64,000 nt of DNA from a virus (taxonomy: Duplodnaviria; Caudoviricetes). Location of the stretch: IMG/VR virus record IMGVR_UViG_2522572160_000003; one strand, 5' to 3'. The notes beneath the pieces were generated by a model that had not been told where the DNA came from, searched no databases, and saw only the letters and a list, made by a program, of their open reading frames with translations. A program made the translations under genes and the position numbers. Of the stretch, positions 1 through 9,806 are shown one piece after another (position 1 is the first letter of the stretch; the number at the start of each line of letters is the position of its first letter).

Positions 1-261
1 ATTAATGCTAAACTCCTGACGTGGAGCGGAGTCTCCATAATAAATAATGGTTTGATCAAAATACTTGTTTATCACATCGTACATGCCCTGGAGGACGCTA
101 TGGGCATGGTCCAGATTATCAATTCCAGCAGCGTTTTTCGCTTCTTTATCAAAAACTTTAGGCGCGCCGAAAAGCATGGCATATCTATTTCCGGCGTGAA
201 CCGTTGAAGTCAAAGCCATTGCCATAAAGATTATAGCAAATATGGCAGCTATTTTTCTCAT
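1..261 (-). CDS. Exported caspase-like (peptidase C14-like) protein, N-terminal part only (runs off window start)
   Basis: Not in ORF track. Translated by hand from ATG at 261: MRKIAAIFAIIFMAMALTSTVHA-GNRYAMLFG...NLDHAHSVLQGMYDVINKYF...YGDSAPRQEF. Signal peptide plus a pattern like the C14 N-terminus (RYALLIG...L..A..D..M...L...F). Catalytic His/Cys would lie outside the window. Confidence 0.5.
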   Translation of the reverse strand, partial: MRKIAAIFAIIFMAMALTSTVHAGNRYAMLFGAPKVFDKEAKNAAGIDNLDHAHSVLQGMYDVINKYFDQTIIYYGDSAPRQEFSIN

Positions 262-274
262 TTTAAACCCCCAA

Positions 275-1756
275 CTACCTAAAATTTATAGGTTTTGAAA
301 CGGCCAAAACACTTAGACCACCGTTACTAATTTCCCTGGTGATAAAATTAACACACTCGTTGTCACCATTGAGGCATGAAACCTGAAACCTATGCTCCAA
401 AAGATAGACTTTGAAGAACATATCAGATGGCGGCTTTACGCCCGCTTTTCCCCAATCAATGGTCAGGGTTTTTTTCTGGAACTTATCAATATAGGAATCG
501 TTGTGGCGTATTAGCGGATAGGGGTAATCAGGTTCATTTCCATAATCAACTTCTAGTAAAACGTACCCCTCATGGCTGGACTCCACTTCCAAAGAAATTT
601 TGTCATCTAAAAATCTTTTTGAAACAATGTTAATTGCTGGCTTTGACTGTTTATTATCTACCCAATAAATTTGGGACAAACAGTCAAACTCATCTCTTTT
701 ACCCAAGATAACTTTACCGTTTACTCGTTCCACCGAATGAAAGTTTACTATTAATCCCAAGGCCTCTAACTCACTATTACTTCTTATAATATCGCCTCTT
801 TTCACCAACATTGCGTGAGTGGCTGTTGCCGGCGCAAAAACGGCTTCACCATTATACAATTCGTTAAAAATTTTCCATGTTTCCACTCTGGGAATAACTG
901 AAACTTTGGTTCCCATACCAAAGAGATTGATCGCGTTCTCAATGTGATCAGGTAACTTAGATTTAATGTTTTCAGGCAATGATTCATCTATAATCATATC
1001 CAAAACCAACGGCCGCTCTGGATTTACAGCGTTATACCTACACAATAATGCAACGCCCATTATTCTTCCCAAAGATGCAGCATCGGCTGCTGGAGAGTCA
1101 GGGTAGCCTGAAATAAATTGGTAATCGCCTAACTTCCTTCCGCCATCTTTTGCGTAAAACTTATCGACGTTTCGATATTTTTCAGCCTTGAGAATTTTCT
1201 CGATTACACATGCTGCAGTATCAAAAGCTCCCTCTGCATTCCTTATCACCACTGTCAGTTTAACATCCTCATCGCTTTCACCGACATGGATATATCCAAT
1301 GGATCTGGGCGCAGTTCTGCAAGGAAGTTGAGGTTTAATTCCTGGAGGGGGTTGAACATAATAGACAATATCGGTGTTCCCAAAAACATATGGAAGCACA
1401 CCTTCGGCACCATCAGTTGTCTTTTGCGCCTCAATCATTCCGCTTTCCAATTGCTTTCTGAGGCCATTCATTAACGTTGTCGTCTTTCCATAAGGAATGC
1501 TAGGATAATCAGGGTTAGCAATAAGCAATAAAACCGGCAGGATATTCTCTGCCTTACAAACATCATATATTTCCTGGGCGCATTCCTGAATTTGTTCTTG
1601 ATCGTCCTTCCTGCATTGCCTTTCTTTTGAAGAGATGCTGGAATCCCCGGAAAGGGAGGCACAGCCTGAAACAAATAGGCATAAAGCCATCATAAATACT
1701 GCGCACATCATGGTAGCCAAGCATTCTTTTACCTTATGACTTTTTTTGAATTGCAT
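275..1756 (-). CDS. Large lipoprotein, possible CsgG/FlgO-like domain(s) and C-terminal DUF4384-like domain
   Basis: Hydrophobic N-terminus with lipobox VSG-C. VIPRVETWKIFNEL resembles the CsgG/FlgO helix. DKISLEVESSHEGYVLL..YPL resembles DUF4384. Domain calls are by eye. Confidence 0.45.
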   Translation of the reverse strand: MQFKKSHKVKECLATMMCAVFMMALCLFVSGCASLSGDSSISSKERQCRKDDQEQIQECAQEIYDVCKAENILPVLLLIANPDYPSIPYGKTTTLMNGLRKQLESGMIEAQKTTDGAEGVLPYVFGNTDIVYYVQPPPGIKPQLPCRTAPRSIGYIHVGESDEDVKLTVVIRNAEGAFDTAACVIEKILKAEKYRNVDKFYAKDGGRKLGDYQFISGYPDSPAADAASLGRIMGVALLCRYNAVNPERPLVLDMIIDESLPENIKSKLPDHIENAINLFGMGTKVSVIPRVETWKIFNELYNGEAVFAPATATHAMLVKRGDIIRSNSELEALGLIVNFHSVERVNGKVILGKRDEFDCLSQIYWVDNKQSKPAINIVSKRFLDDKISLEVESSHEGYVLLEVDYGNEPDYPYPLIRHNDSYIDKFQKKTLTIDWGKAGVKPPSDMFFKVYLLEHRFQVSCLNGDNECVNFITREISNGGLSVLAVSKPINFR

Positions 1757-1896
1757 GTCCTCCCTCCCTGCATGCCAACTATACTATTAACGCGAAAGAT
1801 CAGCTGTAACAGTTGAGTACTTGTTACACTCAGCAGAAGTCGCTTCTTCCAAATATAAACAAAACAGACACTACCCAAAATTACTGTTCATAGGTA

Positions 1897-2556
1897 TTAT
1901 AATTGATAATTCTGGTAAAACTCCAAACGCTCCTCGTCATTCTCAAAAATCTTAAAACTGGAAATGCTGTTAAGAGCTTTAATCATGTCCCTTAATTGGG
2001 GGGTAATGTCTAAATTGGGCGTGCCATTTTTCTTGATGACCTCAAGCATGTCTTTTCCTATAATAATTTTAACGTTGCTTTTAACTCTTGAACGCAATGC
2101 ATCAGAGATATTATTAGGATAGGTGTTGGCTTCAGGCCCCACGATTCCGGTATGGATCGGAATGTTCAAAACGACTCCTTTGTCGAAGACAATTTGCCCG
2201 GAAAAATCGTATTCCACTTTTCCTTCCCAATGTTTGGCGGTTTCGCCGTGGTAGGTGGTTGTCTTTTCAACTAATTCCTTTTCATCGAATTTTCCAGTCA
2301 GCTTTACCTCGAGAAGATCTAAATCCGAATTTTGCTTGTCTAATTCCCCCCTTAATTCCTCCGCGATTTCTTTTCCTATCTGGGAAATTACACTGTCTGG
2401 GTCCATGTCAAACCCGCCATGATTCAGGATGGGTTCCGTTTCGGCGCCTTTCATAGAGGAGGCCTTTTGCAGCGGGTCATTGGCATTAGTCGATTGAACC
2501 GCAATGATCATAAATGCTGAAATTAACAGTGATGTGATAAGTCTCATTTTGGTCAT
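1897..2556 (-). CDS. Exported hypothetical protein
   Basis: Start re-called at MTKMRLITSLL; signal peptide ending STNA; co-oriented in operon. Confidence 0.6.
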   Translation of the reverse strand: MTKMRLITSLLISAFMIIAVQSTNANDPLQKASSMKGAETEPILNHGGFDMDPDSVISQIGKEIAEELRGELDKQNSDLDLLEVKLTGKFDEKELVEKTTTYHGETAKHWEGKVEYDFSGQIVFDKGVVLNIPIHTGIVGPEANTYPNNISDALRSRVKSNVKIIIGKDMLEVIKKNGTPNLDITPQLRDMIKALNSISSFKIFENDEERLEFYQNYQL

Positions 2557-2558
2557 TC

Positions 2559-3317
2559 CTATGCAGAAAAGCCGTAGTCCTTTTTTAAAATGGTTGCATG
2601 CCGTAGGATGCGTTGGCAATAAACGTCCGGATCAATGGTTGTAGACCCATCTGTATAGTATATTTTACGCACGACCTTCTGGCCCTTAACGCCCTCCCTC
2701 CCTCTGTAGTAATATTGCAGGGCCATGCACCAGTCTTCATTTACTGATTTATCAAAATGTTGTTTTGGGTAGTCCTTAACTGACAAATCAAATTGCTTGC
2801 TTAGATAGTAGGCTCCTGCCATTATAGCCGTTTCCGGGTTGTTTCGGTTATCCCCAATATCTATGCCCCTTTCTTCTAACTCACATTGGATCTCCGTAAA
2901 AGTGGAATCTATAATTTGAGTCAGACCCTTGGCGGAAGACAATGGTTTTCCATTTTTGCCAATGGGAACGGCCTCAGGCCTACCTGAGGATTCCTGATAT
3001 ATCAACCCGGCGATGATAGAAGGGGGGACTTTAAAGGTACGGGCAGCTTGCCAAACTTCTTTTTTGTATGGCACTACTGCTTTGGATATTATTTCCTTGT
3101 ATTCTTTGGTGACGTTTTCAATGGGGCCGGTTTCGTTCTTGATGGAGTAATCTCTTTTATAAATCATCTCCCAGACCTCAAGATGTTTGCTGGCCTCCTT
3201 TAAAAGTTTCAATCCCTCTGACGCCGCAGCCATTCCGGAAAATATTATTGCCAGAATAATGAGCCAGCCCACACTATTTCCGAAATGTAAGATAAGTCGA
3301 GTTTTAATTTTACTCAT
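2559..3317 (-). CDS. Lytic transglycosylase (SLT domain), N-terminally anchored/exported
   Basis: SLT motifs IYQESSG (catalytic Glu), AKGLTQI, AGAYYL, ALQYYY; N-terminal hydrophobic helix. Confidence 0.85.
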   Translation of the reverse strand: MSKIKTRLILHFGNSVGWLIILAIIFSGMAAASEGLKLLKEASKHLEVWEMIYKRDYSIKNETGPIENVTKEYKEIISKAVVPYKKEVWQAARTFKVPPSIIAGLIYQESSGRPEAVPIGKNGKPLSSAKGLTQIIDSTFTEIQCELEERGIDIGDNRNNPETAIMAGAYYLSKQFDLSVKDYPKQHFDKSVNEDWCMALQYYYRGREGVKGQKVVRKIYYTDGSTTIDPDVYCQRILRHATILKKDYGFSA

Positions 3318-3332
3318 TTCATATCCTGTTTC

Positions 3333-3785
3333 TCACTTACTTTCCACAAATTGAACAGATACTCCGCATCTGTTTAATCTCCCAGTCAAATCCACGGCGT
3401 CCACTCCTGATATGGATTCGTCAGTAATGAGCACAAAAGCGGTAACATCCTCCTCTTTTACGCTGTCCGCATCATTAAGGGCTTTTCGCAGCCCGGAGAG
3501 ATCTGAATCATTCAGCCAAAAATGATCACCGTGAAATAATAATTCCACCTTTCCGCTACGTTTTACCGTTTTTACCACTAAAGATTTATCAACAACCTTA
3601 TTCGGATCAAGTATAGCGTTGGCTTCAACAGGGATGGCCGGCACCCCGCCGCCCCCGGGATGGATAGTCATTAAGGCAAATGAAAAAAGCAGCATAACCA
3701 TGAATAAATAGGCGAACAGGTCCTTGCCGGGATCCTGCAGCGCCAAAAAAGGATCTTCCCGCCTGCAGCCGAATCGCCTACCCAT
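3333..3785 (-). CDS. ExbD/TolR/MotB-like single-TM protein
   Basis: GAGGAG RBS before ATG 3785. TM helix beginning with Asp (PGKDLFAYLFMVMLLF), Pro-rich linker and C-terminal alpha/beta domain; overlaps the ExbB-like gene. Confidence 0.65.
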   Translation of the reverse strand: MGRRFGCRREDPFLALQDPGKDLFAYLFMVMLLFSFALMTIHPGGGGVPAIPVEANAILDPNKVVDKSLVVKTVKRSGKVELLFHGDHFWLNDSDLSGLRKALNDADSVKEEDVTAFVLITDESISGVDAVDLTGRLNRCGVSVQFVESK

Positions 3786-4374
3786 TATTTTTCTCCTCAA
3801 AAGCGGGATCTGGGTTTGCATCCGCTTCCATAAGGCATTTTAATAGGGAAGAGATTCTATGATTAATTTTTTTTTCAAATGCTTTGAGCCTTGGTTGTGT
3901 CCTTACAGCAAGAAAAAAGATAATAACGGCGCCTATAGCTGAGCTTAATAGTGACGTCAATAGAGCCGTGTTCAACCCCCCCTCAAAAGCCTGCGAAATA
4001 GCTTGCGTCGCTACCACATTCTGAGTGCTCAACGCCTTAGTCATCTCCTGAAACGCAAAAATGGTTCCATAGATCGTCCCAAAAAAACCCAAAAGAATGG
4101 CTGAATTGACTACGCCGCCAATGCTGGCGACCTGGCTTGATATTTCAGTCTCATATTCCAACCACACCTGGTCAACGCAAGAATCCACCCATGATTGATG
4201 ATAGTTTACGCCTGGCTCAATGGGCAATAAGTCATCGATCCATGTCATGTCTTCTCTGGCTCTCAATTCGCCCCACACCTTGATTATTTTATATAAGATT
4301 GCTATTGCCAAGCATACAAAAAGCAATACGAAAACCAGATCAAGGCTTTTGTATAGTTCAGACGGCGTCATCAC
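3778..4374 (-). CDS. MotA/TolQ/ExbB family proton-channel protein
   Basis: Three TM helices with LLGFFGTIYGTIFAF and GLNTALLTS signatures. Confidence 0.85.
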   Translation of the reverse strand: MMTPSELYKSLDLVFVLLFVCLAIAILYKIIKVWGELRAREDMTWIDDLLPIEPGVNYHQSWVDSCVDQVWLEYETEISSQVASIGGVVNSAILLGFFGTIYGTIFAFQEMTKALSTQNVVATQAISQAFEGGLNTALLTSLLSSAIGAVIIFFLAVRTQPRLKAFEKKINHRISSLLKCLMEADANPDPAFEEKNNG

Positions 4375-4548
4375 TTTCTACTTTCATTGTCTGTTGGACT
4401 AAGAGCGCTCTCAAAAAATCAATATGCACTTTAAGGACAATGCGTTGAGTTTGAATCCCAACCCCAAAGGGATATTCACTCTCGTATTAAAGGCACCGAT
4501 TTAAGGCGAGCTTTCTGAAAATAAAACTCTTGGTTCTGTTTTTGAAAC

Positions 4549-5253
4549 TTAAAGTCTGTTTACTATTTCGGGGTCAATGATTGTTTTATCCACTTGAGTG
4601 GGCGCATAACTGAGCCAAGCAAAAACCTGATCAATTCTGGAAACCATTTCATCAGGTACTAAGCCCATTTTTTCATTCTTTCTGTAGAGTTTCACTGCAT
4701 CACTGCTTAAAAAGTCTAACTTTTCCTTGACAAACGAAGTACTGCCTGTAAAAGAGTCCACTTTAAACGATGGCGGATACTTGATGTTTTCTCTGATTCT
4801 GTCGATTAACAAATCCACGCGCCCTATCCTGTCCTCCCATTTGCCGGCAGTTGAGTTGCTCAGTTCTTCAAATTCATCCTCTACGATTTGCTGGTCAGAC
4901 GTCAACAACAGTTGAGCTTCCTCAGCAGTCATTTCATTGGCGACCAGTTCTTTTTCATATTTGCGCTTTACCAGCATTTTCTCAACCGCAAGTTGCTTTC
5001 TAAGCGTTGCTTCATAATCCTTGTAAACAATGGACTTATTGGCATGATAAACGGCTTCTTTGCAATCATTAAAGATGGAATCCTGCACAAGAAGGCTAAT
5101 AATTTCTTTGTTGCTGATTTTGCTTGATTCTTCGTCAATCTCACGTTTAAGTTCCTTATTGCTTTCCTCATAGGATCCTGCAGAAGATTCCCCCACTTGA
5201 AAAGCCACTGCTAAAACCAATAACACACAAAAAACTATTCTATAATGGCGCAT
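4549..5253 (-). CDS. Exported alpha-helical/coiled-coil protein
   Basis: AGGGAG RBS before ATG 5253; signal peptide; charged helical composition. Confidence 0.6.
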   Translation of the reverse strand: MRHYRIVFCVLLVLAVAFQVGESSAGSYEESNKELKREIDEESSKISNKEIISLLVQDSIFNDCKEAVYHANKSIVYKDYEATLRKQLAVEKMLVKRKYEKELVANEMTAEEAQLLLTSDQQIVEDEFEELSNSTAGKWEDRIGRVDLLIDRIRENIKYPPSFKVDSFTGSTSFVKEKLDFLSSDAVKLYRKNEKMGLVPDEMVSRIDQVFAWLSYAPTQVDKTIIDPEIVNRL

Positions 5254-5312
5254 AATTATCTCCCTTACAAGATTACTCATCTAAGATGCCATTGTTATTG
5301 CCAAAAAGCCCT

Positions 5313-6323
5313 CTAATCCAAAGTTAACCCTTTGTAGCGGGCCAATCTTTCATCGTTGCTTTCTCCAACATTGATGTTGGGCATTCCGCTTGGATTGTTT
5401 TTGTACTTTTCATCTAGTATACGTAAAGATTCCAAGCCTTCGTCTCTCATTAGCTTGTTCACATTATCCATTGCGGCTCCTGTTTTATCCATAGCTAAAC
5501 TGAGATTCCTAAAAGCTATTATGCCTTCACGGAAAGACTTTGAGGCTATAATCATATCATCGCTGAAAGCCCCTGTATTCACCTGAGAAAACTTACGAAA
5601 TAAGCGAATAAAATGACTATGGAACTTATCAGCGGCAGGGAGAAAACTATTTTTCATCAACAAGGCATTATCCTTCATTACCTTGTTGAATTGTTCAAGA
5701 AACTCGTTCTCCACTTTCATACTTTCATAGCTGACAATAATATTTTCAATTCTATCAAACTTTCTATCTATCGTATTTTGTAGCCTCGCCTTGCAGGAAT
5801 CATTCCTACATCCTTTTTGTTCGTTAATAAGCCGTTTAATTTCTTTTTCTAAGGCTTCCTTGCCGCGAACCAGTTCACGACGCCTCTGTGGGATTTCGGC
5901 GTTCATTCCCCGCTCGGAAATGGCTTCAATCTCATCCACCCCTCTAATTACCATTTCTTTCAAGCTATTGACATTTTCAGTGGTGGATGAGGCATTCTTT
6001 GCCAAAGGGGAGTTCAACTTCACCACCGCAAGTCTAATTTTTAATGTGAGATTTTTACTCAAATCTTCAGGAACCTGGCCGTTGTAGCGGGATTCTGCCT
6101 CTTCCCATTCATTAATTATCTTGTCAATTTCAGTTTTGAATTCAACCATAGCCTTGGCAACTCCGTCTAACCCACTAACTGCATCCCCAGTAGCGTCTGT
6201 TATCCCCTTGATAGTTGTCACGGCTTGGTGAATGGATTCTTCCGTGGTGACTGCATGGCAAACAGGCGAAAACACCACTCCCATGAGCAGGATTGCCAAA
6301 AGAACTTTCCGTATTACTAACAT
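5313..6323 (-). CDS. Exported long coiled-coil protein
   Basis: AGGAGG RBS; signal peptide (VCHA); heptad-rich; CRNDSC pair at a probable hairpin tip. Confidence 0.65.
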   Translation of the reverse strand: MLVIRKVLLAILLMGVVFSPVCHAVTTEESIHQAVTTIKGITDATGDAVSGLDGVAKAMVEFKTEIDKIINEWEEAESRYNGQVPEDLSKNLTLKIRLAVVKLNSPLAKNASSTTENVNSLKEMVIRGVDEIEAISERGMNAEIPQRRRELVRGKEALEKEIKRLINEQKGCRNDSCKARLQNTIDRKFDRIENIIVSYESMKVENEFLEQFNKVMKDNALLMKNSFLPAADKFHSHFIRLFRKFSQVNTGAFSDDMIIASKSFREGIIAFRNLSLAMDKTGAAMDNVNKLMRDEGLESLRILDEKYKNNPSGMPNINVGESNDERLARYKGLTLD

Positions 6324-6364
6324 GCCTTCCTCCTTGATTAGTGGAAATATGGGCCTTTTACTAT

Positions 6365-6871
6365 TTATTGCTGCACATAACCAGGATCAACCTTTTTCAA
6401 CAGGCGTTTAGAGCAAAGCTCAACTTTTTTAGCCCGTCCGTCCATAGTTGAAAGGCTCCAGTCATAGATCGCGCGAAGAAACTCTTGGTCAGCCGCCCTC
6501 AGTTTCAATCTACCACCGGCTTGAGAATCTTCAATATTTGAAAAATATTGACATGAGGCCGCTACAAAATTCTCCATTTGGCTTTCCTTGTTAAAAGCCT
6601 TGATCGCTTCCACAAGCACGTCGTTGTCAACCCTCCGGTTGGCGTCAAGAATCTTGACAATCATAGCCATTCTGGCATCCGCATACCTGGAGTTGTCTTT
6701 AGTTTCGCGGAAAAACCTGTCAATTTCGGAATTTGACAACTCTGATACCGGCATAGTTTGCATTTGATCTACCGTCAAAGGGGCCGCCGATGGTTGGGGA
6801 GATTTTTCAACACACCCCGCCAATGATAAAGCCATAAGAACTGCTGCAATAATTGTCATCTTTCTCCTCAT
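6365..6871 (-). CDS. Lipoprotein, helical-repeat-like
   Basis: Canonical lipobox LAG-C; GGGGAG RBS. Confidence 0.75.
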   Translation of the reverse strand: MRRKMTIIAAVLMALSLAGCVEKSPQPSAAPLTVDQMQTMPVSELSNSEIDRFFRETKDNSRYADARMAMIVKILDANRRVDNDVLVEAIKAFNKESQMENFVAASCQYFSNIEDSQAGGRLKLRAADQEFLRAIYDWSLSTMDGRAKKVELCSKRLLKKVDPGYVQQ

Positions 6872-6927
6872 AGTATCTCCCCTTTCTGACCTTCTACATT
6901 GGGTGCTATAGTAAAAACGCCTATTAA

Positions 6928-8070
6928 CTATTTAACCTGTACTATGCCCTTTTCTATGAAAAACGCTGCATCAGGATCCTGATTTATTAAGTCGCCGGGC
7001 AACAATTTCCAACCCTGTCCATCATCATAATACAACGGTATGATAAACGCTTGGCCCCTGGAGTCCACACCTGCATTTGAAGTCAAACGCCCGGCCGCCA
7101 TTCTTACGGATAACATGCAATTAGGGGAATTCCTTTGGGACGTATGCCACTTTCGTACTGCATTTAATTTATTAAAAAAATAGCCGCAGTATTGTTTAGG
7201 AACAACGTAGTAGACGCGCTCAATTTTGCTTGAGCCAACTTCCTTGGAATACTTTTTTCGCCAAGCACGTAGTTCCTCTTCATGGTCATCCACGCAAGCC
7301 TCAATTTTAATCGGATACACAGCATCCAACTCGTCATCTTGAACCCAATCAAAATCACGAAAAGAACTCTTTATAAAAATACCGCCGTTGCTTGAAATCA
7401 GCGCCAACTTCATATTCAAATAGGGATAAAGAGTTTTTAACATGTATCCTCTCGAATTTTTTATCTCCCAGGAAACATTCCCATCCCCGTCCCAGGAGGC
7501 GCTGTTAAGATCGTTGTGCAAAGAAAAAAAATCGTTTTCTATGCTCTCCGAGGTTTCAACTCCCTGTACGGATGTGAGCGTTTCAAAAGCAGACGTCTTT
7601 TCCTCCTCCTTTTGATTTTCTTGCTCCTGCACTTCTTCTTTCTGGGGATCTGGCTTCATTTCGGGCTTAGCGTCATCACTGTCAGCATGTTCGTCAGCTG
7701 ATTCCCCTGCAGTCTGAGTTTCCTCTTCCTGCGGGCTTTCATCCTTCTCAATTCGTTTATCCGATTCCACCCCCAACGTGGTGGTTTCATCCATTGCACC
7801 ATCCGGCTTTTCACTCAGTTGTTCTGCACCGACATCTTTCGTATCTTTGGCCGCATTGGAATTATGATCTGTAGGTGTATTTGGAGAAGAGGGGGTTGGA
7901 GGCGTCGAACCGGGAAAAGGCTTTCCTGTCTCAACATATCCTGAAGAATCATCTGATTTTCCCCCGCCAACCAGGGGTGCGGCCATCTGCCATAAAAAGA
8001 GAATTATAGCCAAAATGACAACCGCAATCAGCAGGTAATTCAATTCCTTTCTCAACTTGTCCCTTTGCAT
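6928..8070 (-). CDS. Membrane-anchored protein with Pro/Glu-rich linker and C-terminal globular domain (TonB/TolA-like architecture)
   Basis: Single N-terminal TM, ~130-aa low-complexity acidic/Pro segment, then a folded domain; first gene of the operon. Confidence 0.55.
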   Translation of the reverse strand: MQRDKLRKELNYLLIAVVILAIILFLWQMAAPLVGGGKSDDSSGYVETGKPFPGSTPPTPSSPNTPTDHNSNAAKDTKDVGAEQLSEKPDGAMDETTTLGVESDKRIEKDESPQEEETQTAGESADEHADSDDAKPEMKPDPQKEEVQEQENQKEEEKTSAFETLTSVQGVETSESIENDFFSLHNDLNSASWDGDGNVSWEIKNSRGYMLKTLYPYLNMKLALISSNGGIFIKSSFRDFDWVQDDELDAVYPIKIEACVDDHEEELRAWRKKYSKEVGSSKIERVYYVVPKQYCGYFFNKLNAVRKWHTSQRNSPNCMLSVRMAAGRLTSNAGVDSRGQAFIIPLYYDDGQGWKLLPGDLINQDPDAAFFIEKGIVQVK

Positions 8071-8491
8071 TGACGCACCCTTCCGAAAAAAGTCACAAGA
8101 TTCAGTTTCTCACAAAATGACATGATAAGTTTAAGGTGTGCACCTTGCATTAAAAGGATAAAGACCGCATTGCACATATACTTCACTGCTCCCAAACTGA
8201 TTTGCAGAAATGAATCAAAAGGCCGGGGCCTATATGAAGATATTATCTTGTATTAGAGCGTCATACTAATTACCCTAACAAACAAAAGTCAAGTCAATTT
8301 TTAGATGTTTTTTTTATTGCTTTAGGGCAAAGAATTCGTCTTTGCCATTTTCGTTATCCCAAGCCTTCGGGAAAATGTGCGGATTAGGATTCTACGTGAT
8401 TTTTGATTGTTTAATGGATTATTTGGCCACTCACAACAATTTTTTAATTTGCATAAAATACAGATATTAGTTTGAAAGTTATTAGAATGAT

Positions 8492-8812
8492 TTAAAGGAC
8501 AATGCCAGAGGAGTACCTTTTGGGCAGGGCCAAGGGAGTAGCTGTCTCTGCTTGCGCAGAGGTCCCTTTTTCACCAAAATTGAAATCAGCGCTGACAATA
8601 TGAAGAAGCGGTCCGTTCTGGTAGTCCTTCGACATCAAAACTAATTCATTTCCAACAGAATGAATCTCCTTAATATTTAGCCGTTCTCTATTGGGATCGA
8701 TTATTCTTTTTAGCAGCGCATCATATGAACCCAAGAGATTATCCCCTTGTTCCAGTTGGCAAATCTCCCCCCCAGTTCGAGCCTTGTAAAAATAACTTCC
8801 ACACGCCGCCAC
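8492..8812 (-). CDS. Hypothetical protein or gene remnant
   Basis: 106-aa ORF with GTG start and no clear RBS. Confidence 0.25.
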   Translation of the reverse strand: MAACGSYFYKARTGGEICQLEQGDNLLGSYDALLKRIIDPNRERLNIKEIHSVGNELVLMSKDYQNGPLLHIVSADFNFGEKGTSAQAETATPLALPKRYSSGIVL

Positions 8813-9120
8813 AGCAAAGTCTCAACAAATGTGTCCCTAAAACACGGACTTTTCAATTATCAATTCTATGAACGAATACATACACCTATAGATATTAAAT
8901 GTCAATGAATAGAACTATGTTGGGTGCGCCGACGCTTAGCTCTATATGCTATAATTCCAAGAAGGTAAGACTCAAGCAAGCTCAAATTCCGGCACACTAA
9001 CCCCAGAGAAGAAGTGAAAAAGTTTGCGTATTTTGCATGTAGAGGCACGTACCTCAAAAAACTGGACAGGAAATTAAGGCTGACACTATATTAATCGAAA
9101 GGGAATATATTGTACAGGAT

Positions 9121-9729
9121 TTGGATATCTTAACAACCATGTGGATAAAACTGACAAAATCCAATAAGACCAAACTGTTCTTTACCTCTGATCATCATTT
9201 TGGTCATGAAGCTATCATTCGATTCTGCAATCGGCCTTTTGAGAGCCATGCAGAAATGGATGCAGAATTAATCCGTCGATGGAACGAGGTAGTTGATTTT
9301 GATGATGTAGTTTTTCATTTAGGGGATTTTACACTACGCAATAAAAAAGACGCTCGCCATTATTTTTCAAGGTTGAGAGGCAATATCAAAGTACTTGGGA
9401 ATCTCTGGCATCATGACAAAGGATGGCTCCCCAGAAAACCAGGCCCATCCGATCTGCAAAGCAGGAGCGGGACTCCCATAGAGATTCTACCACCCATAAT
9501 AGTTGTTGATATAAAAGGGTTAGTTGAAGACAATAAAAAACAACGTATTGTTTTATGTCATTATCCCCTTGCTGAATGGGATGCCATGCACTACGGGGCC
9601 TATCACCTGTATGGCCACACACATGGTAATCATGTTAACCTTGGCCTATCTTTTGATATCGGGGTCGATTGCACCAATTTTTATCCCATGGAATTTTCTG
9701 ATGTAGTAGAAAAATTCAATTGTTTTTAA
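9121..9729 (+). CDS. Calcineurin-like metallophosphoesterase (phage/MGE type)
   Basis: SDHHFGH, HLGDF, GN..HD, LCHYP and GHTH motifs. Confidence 0.85.
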   Translation: MDILTTMWIKLTKSNKTKLFFTSDHHFGHEAIIRFCNRPFESHAEMDAELIRRWNEVVDFDDVVFHLGDFTLRNKKDARHYFSRLRGNIKVLGNLWHHDKGWLPRKPGPSDLQSRSGTPIEILPPIIVVDIKGLVEDNKKQRIVLCHYPLAEWDAMHYGAYHLYGHTHGNHVNLGLSFDIGVDCTNFYPMEFSDVVEKFNCF

Positions 9730-9806
9730 CCTATTGCTAACCATTATATCAAAGGTTTTTTGGGAAAAATAAACGTCGGGGGCAACGGATAAATTCGGGA
9801 GATCCT

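Noticed and set aside
3333-4374. Zorya ZorAB
   Set aside because: The A subunit is 198 aa without a long tail, the B subunit lacks an OmpA-like domain, and no ZorC/D/E is visible.
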